Assembly: GCA_965221775.1 (NCBI GenBank)
Contig: CBDCSU010000005.1
Location: 864,001-928,000, forward strand
Direction: 5' to 3'
Source of the DNA: Candidatus Latescibacterota bacterium
Lineage (GTDB): Bacteria; Latescibacterota; UBA2968; UBA8231
Length of the DNA stretch: 64,000 nucleotides
This document shows positions 9,992 to 22,782 of this stretch, piece by piece. A program made the translations under genes and the position numbers. Below the pieces are notes generated by a model that saw only the letters and a list, made by a program, of their open reading frames with translations, ran no database searches and was not told the origin of the DNA. Each line of letters opens with the position of its first letter. Position 1 is the stretch's first letter.

Positions 9992-10072
9992 TGGCCCTTG
10001 CAAGAAACATAATGTTTGCGAAACTCGCATGATTCCTCGCATCCGTGCCTCACAACCCGGAGCCTTCTCCCC

Positions 10073-11776
10073 ATGAGAGGTGCCGACGCCGTCATCCAGG
10101 CGGTCGAACGCCAGGGGGTCGATTTCATCTTCGGCCATCCCGGCGGCGCCGCCATGCCCATCTTCGACGCCCTCGTCGACTCGGAGCACATCCGCTTCGT
10201 CCTCACCCGGCACGAGCAGGGCGCCACCCACATGGCCGACGGCTACGCCCGCGCCACCGGCAAGCCGGGGGTGGTCCTGGTCACCTCCGGCCCGGGGGCG
10301 ACCAACACCGTCACCGGGCTGCTCACGGCCCAGATGGACTCGGTGCCGATGGTCGTCCTCACCGGGCAGACGATCTCCCCCATGCTCGGCAAGGACGCCT
10401 TCCAGGAGGCCGACGTCTTCGGCATCTCCATGCCGGTGGTGAAGCACTCCTACCTGGTCAAGGCGGTGGACGACATCCCCCGGGTCATGCACGAGGCCTT
10501 CCACATCGCCACCACCGGCCGCAAGGGGCCGGTCCTGGTGGACCTGCCCAAGGACGTGACCTCCGCCGAGTGCGGCGCCGACTTCCCCGAGCGCGTCTAC
10601 CTGCCCGGGTACAGCGTGCGCTCCAAGGCCGACCCCGACCGGCTGCAGGAGGCCGCCGGGTTCCTGCGCCGCAGCCGCCGCCCCCTCCTCTACCTGGGGG
10701 GCGGAGCGATCGCCGCCGGGGCCCACGAGGCCGCCAAGGCCTTCGCCGAGAAGACGCGCATGCCGGTGACCAACACCCTCCTGGGCAAGGGCGCCTTCCC
10801 CGAGCAGCACGAGCTGTCGGTGGGCATGCTCGGCATGCACGGCACCGCCTACGCCAACAAGGCCGTCGTCGGCTGCGACCTGATCATGTCCGTCGGCGGC
10901 CGCTGGGACGACCGCATCACCGGCAAGCTCGACGAGTTCTGTCCCGACGCGGTGAAGATCCACGTCGACATCGACCCGGCGGAGTACGGCAAGGTCGTCA
11001 TGCCCGACGTCTTCCTCCAGGGCGACGCCCTCGAGGTGCTCGAGGAGCTGATCAACATGGTGGGGCCCCTCGACACCGCCGACTGGCTGGGCCAGATCGA
11101 CGAGTGGAAGGTGAAGTACCCCCTCAAGTACGGGAAGAAGGGGGGGCTGAAGATGCAGGCCGTCTTCGACCGCCTCTACCATCTGACGGCGGGCCGGGCG
11201 GTGGTCTCCACCGACGTGGGGCAGCACCAGATGTGGGCGGCCCAGTTCTACCGCACCGCCCACCACCGCCAGTGGCTCTCCTCGGGTGGCGCGGGGACGA
11301 TGGGCTACGGCTTCCCCGCCGCGGTGGGCGCCCAGTTCGGCCGCCCCGACGAGACCGTGGTCGCCATCGTCGGCGACGGCGGCTTCCAGATGACCATGTG
11401 CGAGCTGGCCACGGCGGCGGTCCACGACCTGCCGGTGAAGGTGCTGATCATGGACAACGCCTACCTCGGCATGGTCCGCCAGTGGCAGAACCTGTTCTTC
11501 GACAACCGCCTCTCCGGGGTCGACCTGGAGGGCAACCCGGACTTCGTCAAGCTCGCCGCTTCCTACGGCATCGAGGCCTGGCACCTGAGGCGCACCGCCG
11601 ACATCGACAAGATCCTGACGCGCATGCTCAAGCACGACTCGGGTCCGGCCGTCGTCCACTGCCACTGCGAGAAGGAGGACAACGTCTTCCCCATGATCCC
11701 CGCCGGCGCCGCCGTCCACGAGATGCTGATCGAGCCTCCGCGGCGGAAGCTCGCCAAGCCGACGGGGAGCACCTGA
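10073..11776 (+). CDS. ilvB: Acetolactate synthase large subunit
   Basis: [39 protein letters not shown] and the GDGGFQM ThDP-binding motif. Confidence 0.95.
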   Translation: MRGADAVIQAVERQGVDFIFGHPGGAAMPIFDALVDSEHIRFVLTRHEQGATHMADGYARATGKPGVVLVTSGPGATNTVTGLLTAQMDSVPMVVLTGQTISPMLGKDAFQEADVFGISMPVVKHSYLVKAVDDIPRVMHEAFHIATTGRKGPVLVDLPKDVTSAECGADFPERVYLPGYSVRSKADPDRLQEAAGFLRRSRRPLLYLGGGAIAAGAHEAAKAFAEKTRMPVTNTLLGKGAFPEQHELSVGMLGMHGTAYANKAVVGCDLIMSVGGRWDDRITGKLDEFCPDAVKIHVDIDPAEYGKVVMPDVFLQGDALEVLEELINMVGPLDTADWLGQIDEWKVKYPLKYGKKGGLKMQAVFDRLYHLTAGRAVVSTDVGQHQMWAAQFYRTAHHRQWLSSGGAGTMGYGFPAAVGAQFGRPDETVVAIVGDGGFQMTMCELATAAVHDLPVKVLIMDNAYLGMVRQWQNLFFDNRLSGVDLEGNPDFVKLAASYGIEAWHLRRTADIDKILTRMLKHDSGPAVVHCHCEKEDNVFPMIPAGAAVHEMLIEPPRRKLAKPTGST

Positions 11777-12363
11777 TGGAACGGCAACAGGAACCCGCGG
11801 CCCCGGAGAACGGCAGGTCCACCGAGGTCGCCGACGCCGCCTACCGCCGCGGTGTCGGCCTCGGCGGCGAGGTCCGCAAGACGACGATCGGCCTGCTGGT
11901 CAACGACCGCCCCGGCGTCCTCATGCGCATCAGCCAGGTCTTCAGCCGGCGGGGCTACAACATCGAGTCCCTCGTGGTCTCCCCCGCCCACGTCATCCCC
12001 GCCACCTCTCGCATGACGATCACCTGCTCGGGGCCGGCGGACGTGCTGCACCAGATCATCCTCCAGCTCGACAAGCTCGTCGACGTGATCCACGCCCACG
12101 ACCACACCGACGACGCCGCCGTCACCCGCGAGCTGGCGCTGTTCAAGGTCGCCTGCACCATCGCCCAGCGCGGCGAGGTCCTGCAGATCACCGAGGTCTT
12201 CCGCGGCAAGACGGTGGACATCTCCGACGAGACGATCACCGTCGAGGTCACGGGCACCACGGAGAAGATGGACGCTCTGGAGAAGATGCTGGCCCGGTTC
12301 GACCTGCGGGAGATGGTGCGCACCGGCAAGGTGGTCATGGCCAGAGGCACGGACGTGACCTGA
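11776..12363 (+). CDS. ilvN: Acetolactate synthase small (regulatory) subunit
   Basis: ACT domain LVNDRPGVLMRISQVFSRRGYNIESL, QLDKLVDV, EMVRTG. TGATG coupling to ilvB. Confidence 0.92.
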   Translation: MERQQEPAAPENGRSTEVADAAYRRGVGLGGEVRKTTIGLLVNDRPGVLMRISQVFSRRGYNIESLVVSPAHVIPATSRMTITCSGPADVLHQIILQLDKLVDVIHAHDHTDDAAVTRELALFKVACTIAQRGEVLQITEVFRGKTVDISDETITVEVTGTTEKMDALEKMLARFDLREMVRTGKVVMARGTDVT

Positions 12364-12367
12364 TCCG

Positions 12368-13291
12368 GTGCCCGGCGCCGGACACAACCACGCCGCGGGG
12401 GCCGCCCTCCGGGCCCTCGCCATCGTCGGCCTGTGGGCCGCCCCCGCCCTCGGGGGCGCCTGGACCGTGCCCGCCTCCGGCTTCTGGGGCAAGGTCGGCT
12501 ACTTCCGCCAGACCTCCAGCGAGTGGTACATCGACAGCCCCGAGCCGCGGGTGATCCAGACCGCCGACGGCATCGAGTTCACCGAACTGCCCGCCGGCAC
12601 GCGGCGCCCCTACCGCTTCGGCGGCCAGTACCGCTCGATGGCGGTCTTCGCCGAGGGCTTCTACGGAGTCACGGACTGGCTCAACCTCGGCGTGCAGGTC
12701 CCGTACTTCGACCAGGTCTACCAGGACAGCACGCGCACCGAGGCGCCCAGCGACGCCGGCTTCAGCGACCTGCGGATCTACACCAAGCTCCGGGTCCGGC
12801 AGAGCCCGGCGGTGCTGACCCTCAAGCTCGGGGCCAAGGTCCCCACGGGCGACTTCCGGAACGAGGACGGCCTGATCCCCGTGGGCGAGGGCCAGTGGGA
12901 CTTCGACCTCCTCGTGCAGGCGGGCCGGTCCCTCTGGCCGCTGCCGGCGTACGCCAACGTGGAGGCCGGGTACCGCCTGCGCATGGAGAACGCGGACGTG
13001 CAGCGGGACCCGGGCGACGAGTGGCTGGTCAATGCCGAGGCGGGCTGGTCGCCGCGGCCCCGGCTGCTGCTGGCCCTCAAGCTGGAGCTGCTGCACGGCA
13101 AGGCGGGCACCTCCTTCGGCTTCGAGAACCCCAGCCTGAAGAAGCGGATCCTCTACCTGGCGCCCACCGCCAGCTGGACCCTGTTCGGAGAGACGGCGGC
13201 GGAACTGGCCCTGCGGCGCACCCTGGCGGGGCGCAACTTTCCGGCGGGCAACCAGCTGACCGTCGGTCTGTCGACCCGGGCCGGCCTCTGA
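12368..13291 (+). CDS. Outer-membrane beta-barrel 'transporter' (MetA-pathway/phenol-degradation-like family)
   Basis: Signal peptide, GFSDLRI..KL, KVPTGD, GEGQWD, alternating beta strands. Confidence 0.55.
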   Translation: MPGAGHNHAAGAALRALAIVGLWAAPALGGAWTVPASGFWGKVGYFRQTSSEWYIDSPEPRVIQTADGIEFTELPAGTRRPYRFGGQYRSMAVFAEGFYGVTDWLNLGVQVPYFDQVYQDSTRTEAPSDAGFSDLRIYTKLRVRQSPAVLTLKLGAKVPTGDFRNEDGLIPVGEGQWDFDLLVQAGRSLWPLPAYANVEAGYRLRMENADVQRDPGDEWLVNAEAGWSPRPRLLLALKLELLHGKAGTSFGFENPSLKKRILYLAPTASWTLFGETAAELALRRTLAGRNFPAGNQLTVGLSTRAGL

Positions 13292-13293
13292 CC

Positions 13294-13331
13294 GGCGGGG
13301 ACCCTCCCGCGAGCGCGGCCGGGTCCCCGCC
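13294..13331. terminator. GC-rich hairpin between convergent genes (possible bidirectional terminator)
   Basis: 11-bp perfect inverted repeat GGCGGGGACCC ... GGGTCCCCGCC. No clear U-tract. Confidence 0.45.
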
Positions 13332-13336
13332 TCCCT

Positions 13337-16240
13337 TCAGAACTCGACGCCGAGCTGGGCGTGGGCCAGGCGGCCCACCTCCGGGGCGCCGATGAACGAC
13401 TGGTAGCGGCTGTCGAGGACGTTGTCGACGCTCACCAGCAGGTGCAGGCCCTCGGCGAAGGGCAGGTCGTACCGGGCCTGCGCGTCGAGGGTTGTGTTGG
13501 CGTCCACGTCTCCCGCGTAGACCCCCGAGCTCATGGGGAAGCCGCCGGTGTAGCGAAGGCGGGCGCCGAGGCCGAGGTCGTACCGCGGCAGGCGCCAGCT
13601 GCCGCCCACGTTGAACTTGTGCTTCGGCGCGTTGAGGGCGATGTCGTCGATCCCGTCGAGGTTCGGGAAGAAGTCGTCGCTCACGAAGGAGTAGCCGCCG
13701 GTCAGGTTCCAGCTCTCTCCCGGGTAGTAGCCGAAGGCGAGGTCGAGCCCGTAGAGGGTGATCTCGCCGAAGTTGCGGTAGGTGAGCAGCACCGCCGTGG
13801 GGTCCCAGGCCTGCTCCGGCGAGACCGTGCCGAAGGGGATCCCGGCCGCGCCCGCGGCGAAGATGGCGGCCAGCTCGTCGGCGGCGCTGCCGTCGTTGTC
13901 CCCCTCGATCAGGCCCGGGAGGGAGAGCGCGTCCAGCGCCCCGAGGATCGGCGCGATCTGGGCGTTGGCCGGGTCCGCCAGCTGCGCGGCCACCGCCGGC
14001 TCCAGGACCGCCATGAGGCTCCGCTGGTCGAGGAAGACGCTGGGGGTCTCCACCGCCAGGGGCCCGACGAAGTTCTCCATCCTGGACTGGTACAGGTCGG
14101 CCGACACCACCAGGTCGTCGGAGAGGATCCCCTTGTAGCCCAGCTCCACGGTCTGGGTGATGGTCGACTCGGTGCCGGGCACGTCGGTGGCGTCGGTCAC
14201 CGGGTCGAAGCCCTGGGTCGCCAGGTTCAGCGCGCCCAGGCTGTTGGTCAGGCCGGGGAGCTGCTCCGGCACGAGGGACGGCAGCGCCGCCAGGACCGCC
14301 TCCGTCTGCTGCTGGGCCATCGTCTGGGCGGTCTCGGCGTCCACGCCCTGCGCCACCAGCATCGGGGCGATCAGGCCCGGGGCCAGGAGCTGCAGGGCCG
14401 GAGTGAGCTCGGCGAGGACGGCGCTGCGGCCGATGTTCCACTGCACGTTGGTGGCCACCGGATCGTCGAGGGCGATATAGCCGTCGCCGTCGATCGAGTA
14501 TCCCGGATCACCGGGGTTGAGGCCCATCAGTTGAAGGGTGCCGCCGATGGTCGGCTGGAAGGAGGAGCGGTACATCGCCCTTCCGTCGGCTCCCCTGCGG
14601 AAGGTGAAGCCGCCTTCCATTCCGCTGCGGTAGCTCCCCTGGGCGCGGACGTCGACGTTGGGGTTGTAGCCGAGGACGGGCTCGAAGGCCGCCAGCGGCG
14701 CGAAGACCCCCGGCTGGGCGAGCAGGTCCAGGTACAGGTTGTTCGTGGAGGGGGTCGAGAAGGCGCGGTTGTAGGTGAGCCGGAAGGACTGCGTCTCCTG
14801 CGGCTTGTAGACGAGCCCGGCCCGCGGCGAGATCTGGCCCTCGTCGAGGCTGCTGTGACTGTCGTGCCGCAGGGACAGCACGAGGTCCAGCTGCGGGGTG
14901 AGCCCGGTCTCGCTCTGCAGGTAGGCGCCGATCTCGTCGATGGCGTCGTCCTCCTCGTTGCCGCCGGTGATCGTGGTCCCGGTGCGAGGACGCGTGAACT
15001 GACCGTCCAGGCCGTAGGTGAAGCGCTGGCGGTCGCCGAGCCCGTAGGCGTGCTGTACCTGGAAGACATCCAGGGTGGATTGGTCGACCATTTTCTGGCC
15101 GGTGCGCAGCAGGTAGGTGTCCTTGGCGTCGCTCTGGTTGCGGTAGTACTGGACGAAGAGATCGCCGTAGACGGCGCGGAGCTGGTGGAAGTTGTAGGTC
15201 CAGTTCTTGGCCTGGCCAGCCCCGAGACCCGTCTGCTCGACTTGAGTGCCCCGGTTGTACCCGAAGGTGTAGATGGCCGTGAGGTCCTCCGTGGGGCGCA
15301 CGTCGATCCGGGCCTCGACGCCCAGGCGCTCGACCTCGGCCTCGCGGTCCACGATCTCCAGTGGATCGGCGTGCTCCCAGTCGGTGCCGGTGTGGTACTG
15401 GGCCGAGATCTTGTACCCCAGGTGGGGACCGACGACGCCGGCGTGGCGCACCGAGCCGCTGGCCAGGGAGCGCTCGCCGCCGCCGATGGAGGCCGCCGTG
15501 CCGGCGGAGTTGAATGGCGAGCGCGTGATGATGTGCATGACCCCGCTGGCGCTGTTCGGCCCGTAGAGGGCCGACCCCGGCCCGAGGACGACCTCGATGC
15601 GCTCGACATCCTGGCTGGTGACGGGGATGAAGCTGTGGGCGTTGAGCCGCAGCGACGGGACGCGGGCGATGCGGTTGTCCGTCAAGGTGAGCAGGGCGCC
15701 CGAGAAGACGTTGTTGAAACCGCGGGCCACGATGTTGCTCTGCACGAGGCCGGTCCTGGCGAAGTCGACGCCGGGCTGGTCGCGCACGTGCTCGGAGACG
15801 GTCAGGCCCGGGCGGTCGCGGATCTCGGCGCCTTCTACGATCGAGATCGACGCCGGCGCGTCGAGGGCCTTCTCCTGGCTCCGCGAGGCGGAGACCACGC
15901 TCTTCTCGAGGTCGATGACCGCGGCCTCGAGCTCGAAGTCGAGGCTCGTTCCCGCCGCATCGACGCGCACCCGGGAGCGCTTGAGCGTGCGGTAGCCGAT
16001 GTGGGTGACGCGGATGTCGTACAGGCCCGGCGGCAGGTCGGAGACGGTGTAGCTCCCCTCGCCGCTGGAGACGGCGCCGCGGGGCTCTTGGAGGCCGCCG
16101 CCGGTGACCACCACGTTGACCGCCGGCAGCGGCGATCCGTCGCTGTCGGTGATCGTGCCCTTCAGGTCCGCGGCGCCGGCGGCGACGGACCACGTGGTCA
16201 TGGTGAGGGCGGCCAGAACGGCCAGTGCTGAACGGCTCAT
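13337..16240 (-). CDS. TonB-dependent receptor with N-terminal carboxypeptidase-regulatory-like domain
   Basis: Signal peptide MSRSALAVL, SVVSASR (TonB-box-like), plug motif IEVVLGPGSALYG, C-terminal NVLD...GR...GVEF. Only the last ~967 aa of ORF 13337..21325 are real; GGAGG RBS precedes the ATG at 16240. Confidence 0.92.
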   Translation of the reverse strand: MSRSALAVLAALTMTTWSVAAGAADLKGTITDSDGSPLPAVNVVVTGGGLQEPRGAVSSGEGSYTVSDLPPGLYDIRVTHIGYRTLKRSRVRVDAAGTSLDFELEAAVIDLEKSVVSASRSQEKALDAPASISIVEGAEIRDRPGLTVSEHVRDQPGVDFARTGLVQSNIVARGFNNVFSGALLTLTDNRIARVPSLRLNAHSFIPVTSQDVERIEVVLGPGSALYGPNSASGVMHIITRSPFNSAGTAASIGGGERSLASGSVRHAGVVGPHLGYKISAQYHTGTDWEHADPLEIVDREAEVERLGVEARIDVRPTEDLTAIYTFGYNRGTQVEQTGLGAGQAKNWTYNFHQLRAVYGDLFVQYYRNQSDAKDTYLLRTGQKMVDQSTLDVFQVQHAYGLGDRQRFTYGLDGQFTRPRTGTTITGGNEEDDAIDEIGAYLQSETGLTPQLDLVLSLRHDSHSSLDEGQISPRAGLVYKPQETQSFRLTYNRAFSTPSTNNLYLDLLAQPGVFAPLAAFEPVLGYNPNVDVRAQGSYRSGMEGGFTFRRGADGRAMYRSSFQPTIGGTLQLMGLNPGDPGYSIDGDGYIALDDPVATNVQWNIGRSAVLAELTPALQLLAPGLIAPMLVAQGVDAETAQTMAQQQTEAVLAALPSLVPEQLPGLTNSLGALNLATQGFDPVTDATDVPGTESTITQTVELGYKGILSDDLVVSADLYQSRMENFVGPLAVETPSVFLDQRSLMAVLEPAVAAQLADPANAQIAPILGALDALSLPGLIEGDNDGSAADELAAIFAAGAAGIPFGTVSPEQAWDPTAVLLTYRNFGEITLYGLDLAFGYYPGESWNLTGGYSFVSDDFFPNLDGIDDIALNAPKHKFNVGGSWRLPRYDLGLGARLRYTGGFPMSSGVYAGDVDANTTLDAQARYDLPFAEGLHLLVSVDNVLDSRYQSFIGAPEVGRLAHAQLGVEF

Positions 16241-16402
16241 GGGATCCTCCCTGGAGATGCTGCGGCGAAGCCCCTCGCTTCGCGCCGGTTTGCTCGGACA
16301 GCCCGGAATTATAGGCAATGGAGGCGCCCCACACAGACGCCTTGCCGGGGTACCGTCACCGCCGTATGATCGCTCCGATACCCTCCGGAAGGATTCGCGA
16401 CC

Positions 16403-17419
16403 ATGACTCGACGCCTGAAGCTCGCCCTCATCGGCTGCGGCGCCATCTCCCGGTACCACCTCGACGGCATCGCCGAGGGCAGCGGCCGCATCGAGGTCAC
16501 CGCCGCCGTCGACACCGATGCGGCCAAGGCCGAGGCCGTCGCCGCCGAGACCGGCGCCGCGGTCTTCACCTCCCTCGAAGAGGCCCTCGAGGCGGGCGAT
16601 TTCGACGCCGTCGACATCATGCTGCCCCACGACCTGCACGAGTGGGCCGCCACCGCCTGCCTGGCCGCCGGCCGGCACGTGCTGCTCGAGAAGCCGATGG
16701 CCCCCACCCTCGACGCCTGCGACCGCATCCTCGAGGCCGCCGCCCGGGCCGGCACCGCCTTCATGGTGGCGGAGAACGCCCAGTACTGGCCCGAGATCGT
16801 GCGCGCCGCCGAGCTCGTCGAGGAGGGCGCCATCGGCGAGGTGGTCACCGCCCGCGCCGCCTTCGTCTGCGAGTTCGACACCTACTGGTTCCCCGACGCC
16901 CGCGCATGGCGCCTCGACCGCGGCCGCACGGGAGGGGGCATCGTCATCGACGGCGGCTCCCACTGGATGCGCCCCCTGCGCATGTGGCTCGGCGAGATCG
17001 ACGAGGTCATGGCCGTCCTCGGCCATCCCCTGCGGAGCATGCAGGGCGAGTCCCTGTGCCGCGCCCTCTTCCGTTTCCGCTCCGGCGTCGTGGCCGGCTT
17101 CGACGCCCTCATGCTCGACACCGTTCTCGGCCCCGACCCGTGGTGGCGGATCACCGGCACCACGGGCGAGATCCTGATCGACGGCGCCTTCGAGGGCGGC
17201 ATCCGCCTCTTCGACGCCGGCCACCGGCAGGGGCGGGCGGTCATGGAGCCGGCCGGCTACCCCAAGTCCTTCGGCCCCCAGCTGGAGGACTTCGCCCGCG
17301 TCGTCCTCGACGGCGCCGAGCCGGCGGCCCCGGCCGAGCACTCCCTGGGCGAGCTGCGCACGGCCCTGGCCCTGTACCGGTCGGGGGCCAGCGGCGCCTG
17401 GGAGAAGGTTTGGGACTGA
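16403..17419 (+). CDS. Gfo/Idh/MocA family oxidoreductase
   Basis: IGCGAI Rossmann motif, HVLLEKPMA, GGGIVIDGGSH. Confidence 0.9.
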   Translation: MTRRLKLALIGCGAISRYHLDGIAEGSGRIEVTAAVDTDAAKAEAVAAETGAAVFTSLEEALEAGDFDAVDIMLPHDLHEWAATACLAAGRHVLLEKPMAPTLDACDRILEAAARAGTAFMVAENAQYWPEIVRAAELVEEGAIGEVVTARAAFVCEFDTYWFPDARAWRLDRGRTGGGIVIDGGSHWMRPLRMWLGEIDEVMAVLGHPLRSMQGESLCRALFRFRSGVVAGFDALMLDTVLGPDPWWRITGTTGEILIDGAFEGGIRLFDAGHRQGRAVMEPAGYPKSFGPQLEDFARVVLDGAEPAAPAEHSLGELRTALALYRSGASGAWEKVWD

Positions 17420-17554
17420 CCGCCGCCCCCCGGGGCGGGCGGGACCTGCTTGCGCCCCTGCCGGGGCCCGGTACATTCCGAACGGACCGCGGCGGGGGGT
17501 CCCCCCTTCGCGCGCCCCCCGAGACCACACCACCCCCAACCCAGATCTGAGAGA

Positions 17555-20260
<2,706 letters not shown>

Positions 20261-20272
20261 GCGTATGCGGAG

Positions 20273-21106
20273 ATGAGCCAGATCACCGAGGAGGCGCCGG
20301 GCGCCGTTTCCAGGGAGCAACCCGGCGGGCAGCCGGCGCCGAGGGCGGCGATCATGGCCGTGGCCAACCAGAAGGGCGGCGTCGGCAAGACCACGACCGC
20401 CGTCAACCTCGCCGCCTGCCTGGCGGTGGCCGAGAAGCCGACCCTGCTGGTCGACATGGACCCCCAGTCCAACGCCACCAGCGGCTGCGGCTTCGAGGCC
20501 GGCGAGGTCGATGAGGCCAACATCTACCACGCCCTCCTCGGCCACGCCTCCCTGGCCGATGTCTGCCGCCAGACCCAGATCCCCCTCCTCACCCTGGCGC
20601 CGTCCCACGTCAACCTCGCCGGCGCCGAGGTCGAGCTGGTCAACATGCTCGCCCGCGAGCAGAAGCTGCAGAACATCCTCGCCGAGGTGGCCGACGACTA
20701 CGAGTACATCATCCTCGACTGCCCCCCCTCCCTCGGCCAGCTGACCCTCAACTCCCTCACCGCCGCCGACTCGGTGCTGATCCCCATCCAGTGCGAGTAC
20801 TACGCCCTCGAGGGGCTCGGCAAGCTGCTCAACACGATCCGCCTGATCCAGCGCCACCTCAACCGCAAGCTGCAGATCGCCGGCGTGCTGCTCACCATGT
20901 TCGACCAGCGCCTCAACCTCTCCCGCCAGGTCGCCGACGAGGTGCGCTCCTACTTCGGCAACAAGGTCTTCAAGACCGAGATCACCCGGAACGTCCGCCT
21001 CGCCGAAGCCCCGGGCCACGGCCAGCCGATCGTGCTCTACGACATCGTCTCCGCCGGAGCCCAGAACTACATGAGCCTCGCCGGCGAGATCATCCAGCAT
21101 GGGTAA
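20273..21106 (+). CDS. parA: ParA/Soj chromosome-partitioning ATPase
   Basis: NQKGGVGKTTT deviant Walker A, DMDPQSNAT, DCPPSLG, QCEYYALEG. Confidence 0.95.
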   Translation: MSQITEEAPGAVSREQPGGQPAPRAAIMAVANQKGGVGKTTTAVNLAACLAVAEKPTLLVDMDPQSNATSGCGFEAGEVDEANIYHALLGHASLADVCRQTQIPLLTLAPSHVNLAGAEVELVNMLAREQKLQNILAEVADDYEYIILDCPPSLGQLTLNSLTAADSVLIPIQCEYYALEGLGKLLNTIRLIQRHLNRKLQIAGVLLTMFDQRLNLSRQVADEVRSYFGNKVFKTEITRNVRLAEAPGHGQPIVLYDIVSAGAQNYMSLAGEIIQHG

Positions 21107-21977
21107 GCGCCGCCGCGAGGTGCTCGGCAAGGGCATCCACGCCCTGATCACCGAGTACCCGGAGAGCGACGACGGCCCGCAGGCGCAGATCGTCGAGCTG
21201 CCCGTGGGCGACATCGAGCCCAACCCGCACCAGCCGCGCCTCGACTTCGACGACCAGGGACTGCGCGAGCTCGCCGACTCGATCCGCGAGAAGGGCATCA
21301 TCCAGCCCCTGGCCGTGAACCGCACCTCGGCCAGCAGCTACCACCTCATCCTCGGGGAGCGCCGCCTGCGCGCCGCCCGCCTCGTCGGACTGGAGACGGT
21401 GCCCGCCGTCGTCCACCAGATCGACTCGGCCCAGGAGCTGATGGAGCTGGCCCTCATCGAGAACATCCAGCGCGAGGACCTGAACCCCATCGAGGAGGCC
21501 GAGGCCTACCGCGCCCTCATGAGCACCTGCATGCTGACCCAGGAGCGGATCGCCGCCCGCGTCGGCAAGGACCGCTCCACCGTGGCCAACGCCCTGCGCC
21601 TGCTGCGCCTGCCCGAAGAGGTGCAGGAGATGCTGCGCGCCGGCGAGCTGCTGATGGGCCACGCCCGCGCCCTGGTCAGCCTCGACGAGAAGGCCGCCCT
21701 CGACCTCGGCCGCCGCTGCGCCGCCGAGAGCATGACCGTGCGCGAACTCGAGGACGCCGTGCGCGGCCTCGGCAAGGGTCGCAAGCGCCGCCCAAAGGAG
21801 GAGAGCCCCGGCGGCGGGGCCGCCGACGCCGTCGTGTCCGACTTCGAGTCACGGCTGCGGCAGCGTTTCGCCACGGCCATCGCCATCCGCCGCCGGCGCG
21901 GCAAGGGAAGCATCGAGATCGAGTTCTACGGCGACGACGACCTCGAGCGCCTCCTGGGGCTGCTTCTCCCGGAATGA
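21099..21977 (+). CDS. parB: ParB/Spo0J partition protein
   Basis: PNPHQPR, GERRLRAA, ENIQREDLNPIEEA, HTH GKDRSTVANALRLL. Confidence 0.95.
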   Translation: MGKRRREVLGKGIHALITEYPESDDGPQAQIVELPVGDIEPNPHQPRLDFDDQGLRELADSIREKGIIQPLAVNRTSASSYHLILGERRLRAARLVGLETVPAVVHQIDSAQELMELALIENIQREDLNPIEEAEAYRALMSTCMLTQERIAARVGKDRSTVANALRLLRLPEEVQEMLRAGELLMGHARALVSLDEKAALDLGRRCAAESMTVRELEDAVRGLGKGRKRRPKEESPGGGAADAVVSDFESRLRQRFATAIAIRRRRGKGSIEIEFYGDDDLERLLGLLLPE

Positions 21978-22774
21978 ACGGGCCCCGGCGGTCGCCGCCC
22001 GTCGCCGTGGTCCTGGCCGCGGTGCTGGGCGCCGGCTCCTGCTCGGTCTTCCACCAGGACCTGCCCAACGTCCCCCCCATGGTCCAGTTGACCGAGGCCG
22101 ACACCACCCAGGTGAAGCGCGGCGGACGGGTCTCCCTGCGGGTGGGCGCCTCCGACGAGGACGACGACCCCCTCACCTACCTGTGGCAGGCCGAGGCCGG
22201 GACCTTCACCGACTCCACCGGGAACGTCACCGACTGGATCGCCCCCAACCAGATCGAGGGCTCCTCCGAGACTTTCCTGCTCACGGTGGACATCCAGGAC
22301 GGCGACCTGGAGACCGAAGACCCAAGGGAGAGCTTCGAGATCGAGGTCGTGCAGCGGCCCCCGGTCTGGCGGTCGGTTCCGGAGAGCCGCACGATCACCA
22401 CTCGGGACACGCTGGATCTCGGTGCCCGGGCCATCGACCCCGAAGGCGACGATCTCACCTACCTGTGGCGGTTTCGCGCGGGGACCCCCACCTGGGCCGA
22501 CTACACCGGCGTCCGCCTCCTCGACGAGGCCGAGCAGGAGCTGGCCATGGTGCTCTCCCTCGGCGTGGGCGTCCACGAGGCCGACGAGGAGGGGGCGGCG
22601 TGGATCCGCCAGCACCGCTCGGCGGCGGAGGAGGACTCGTCGGGCGTGCGCTTCACCCCCCTCGCCGCGGGCCGGCACGAGATCAAGATCGCCGTGACCG
22701 ACGCCATCGAAGCCCCCTCCGACACGGTCTCGGCCCGGTTCACCCTCGTCGTCGAGGCGGCGGAGAGTCCCTGA
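21974..22774 (+). CDS. Lipoprotein with two PKD/Ig-like (cadherin-like) domains
   Basis: Lipobox-like LGAGSC and a repeated A.D.(D/E).D.LTYLW motif. Confidence 0.6.
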   Translation: MNGPRRSPPVAVVLAAVLGAGSCSVFHQDLPNVPPMVQLTEADTTQVKRGGRVSLRVGASDEDDDPLTYLWQAEAGTFTDSTGNVTDWIAPNQIEGSSETFLLTVDIQDGDLETEDPRESFEIEVVQRPPVWRSVPESRTITTRDTLDLGARAIDPEGDDLTYLWRFRAGTPTWADYTGVRLLDEAEQELAMVLSLGVGVHEADEEGAAWIRQHRSAAEEDSSGVRFTPLAAGRHEIKIAVTDAIEAPSDTVSARFTLVVEAAESP

Positions 22775-22782
22775 GGACCGCC

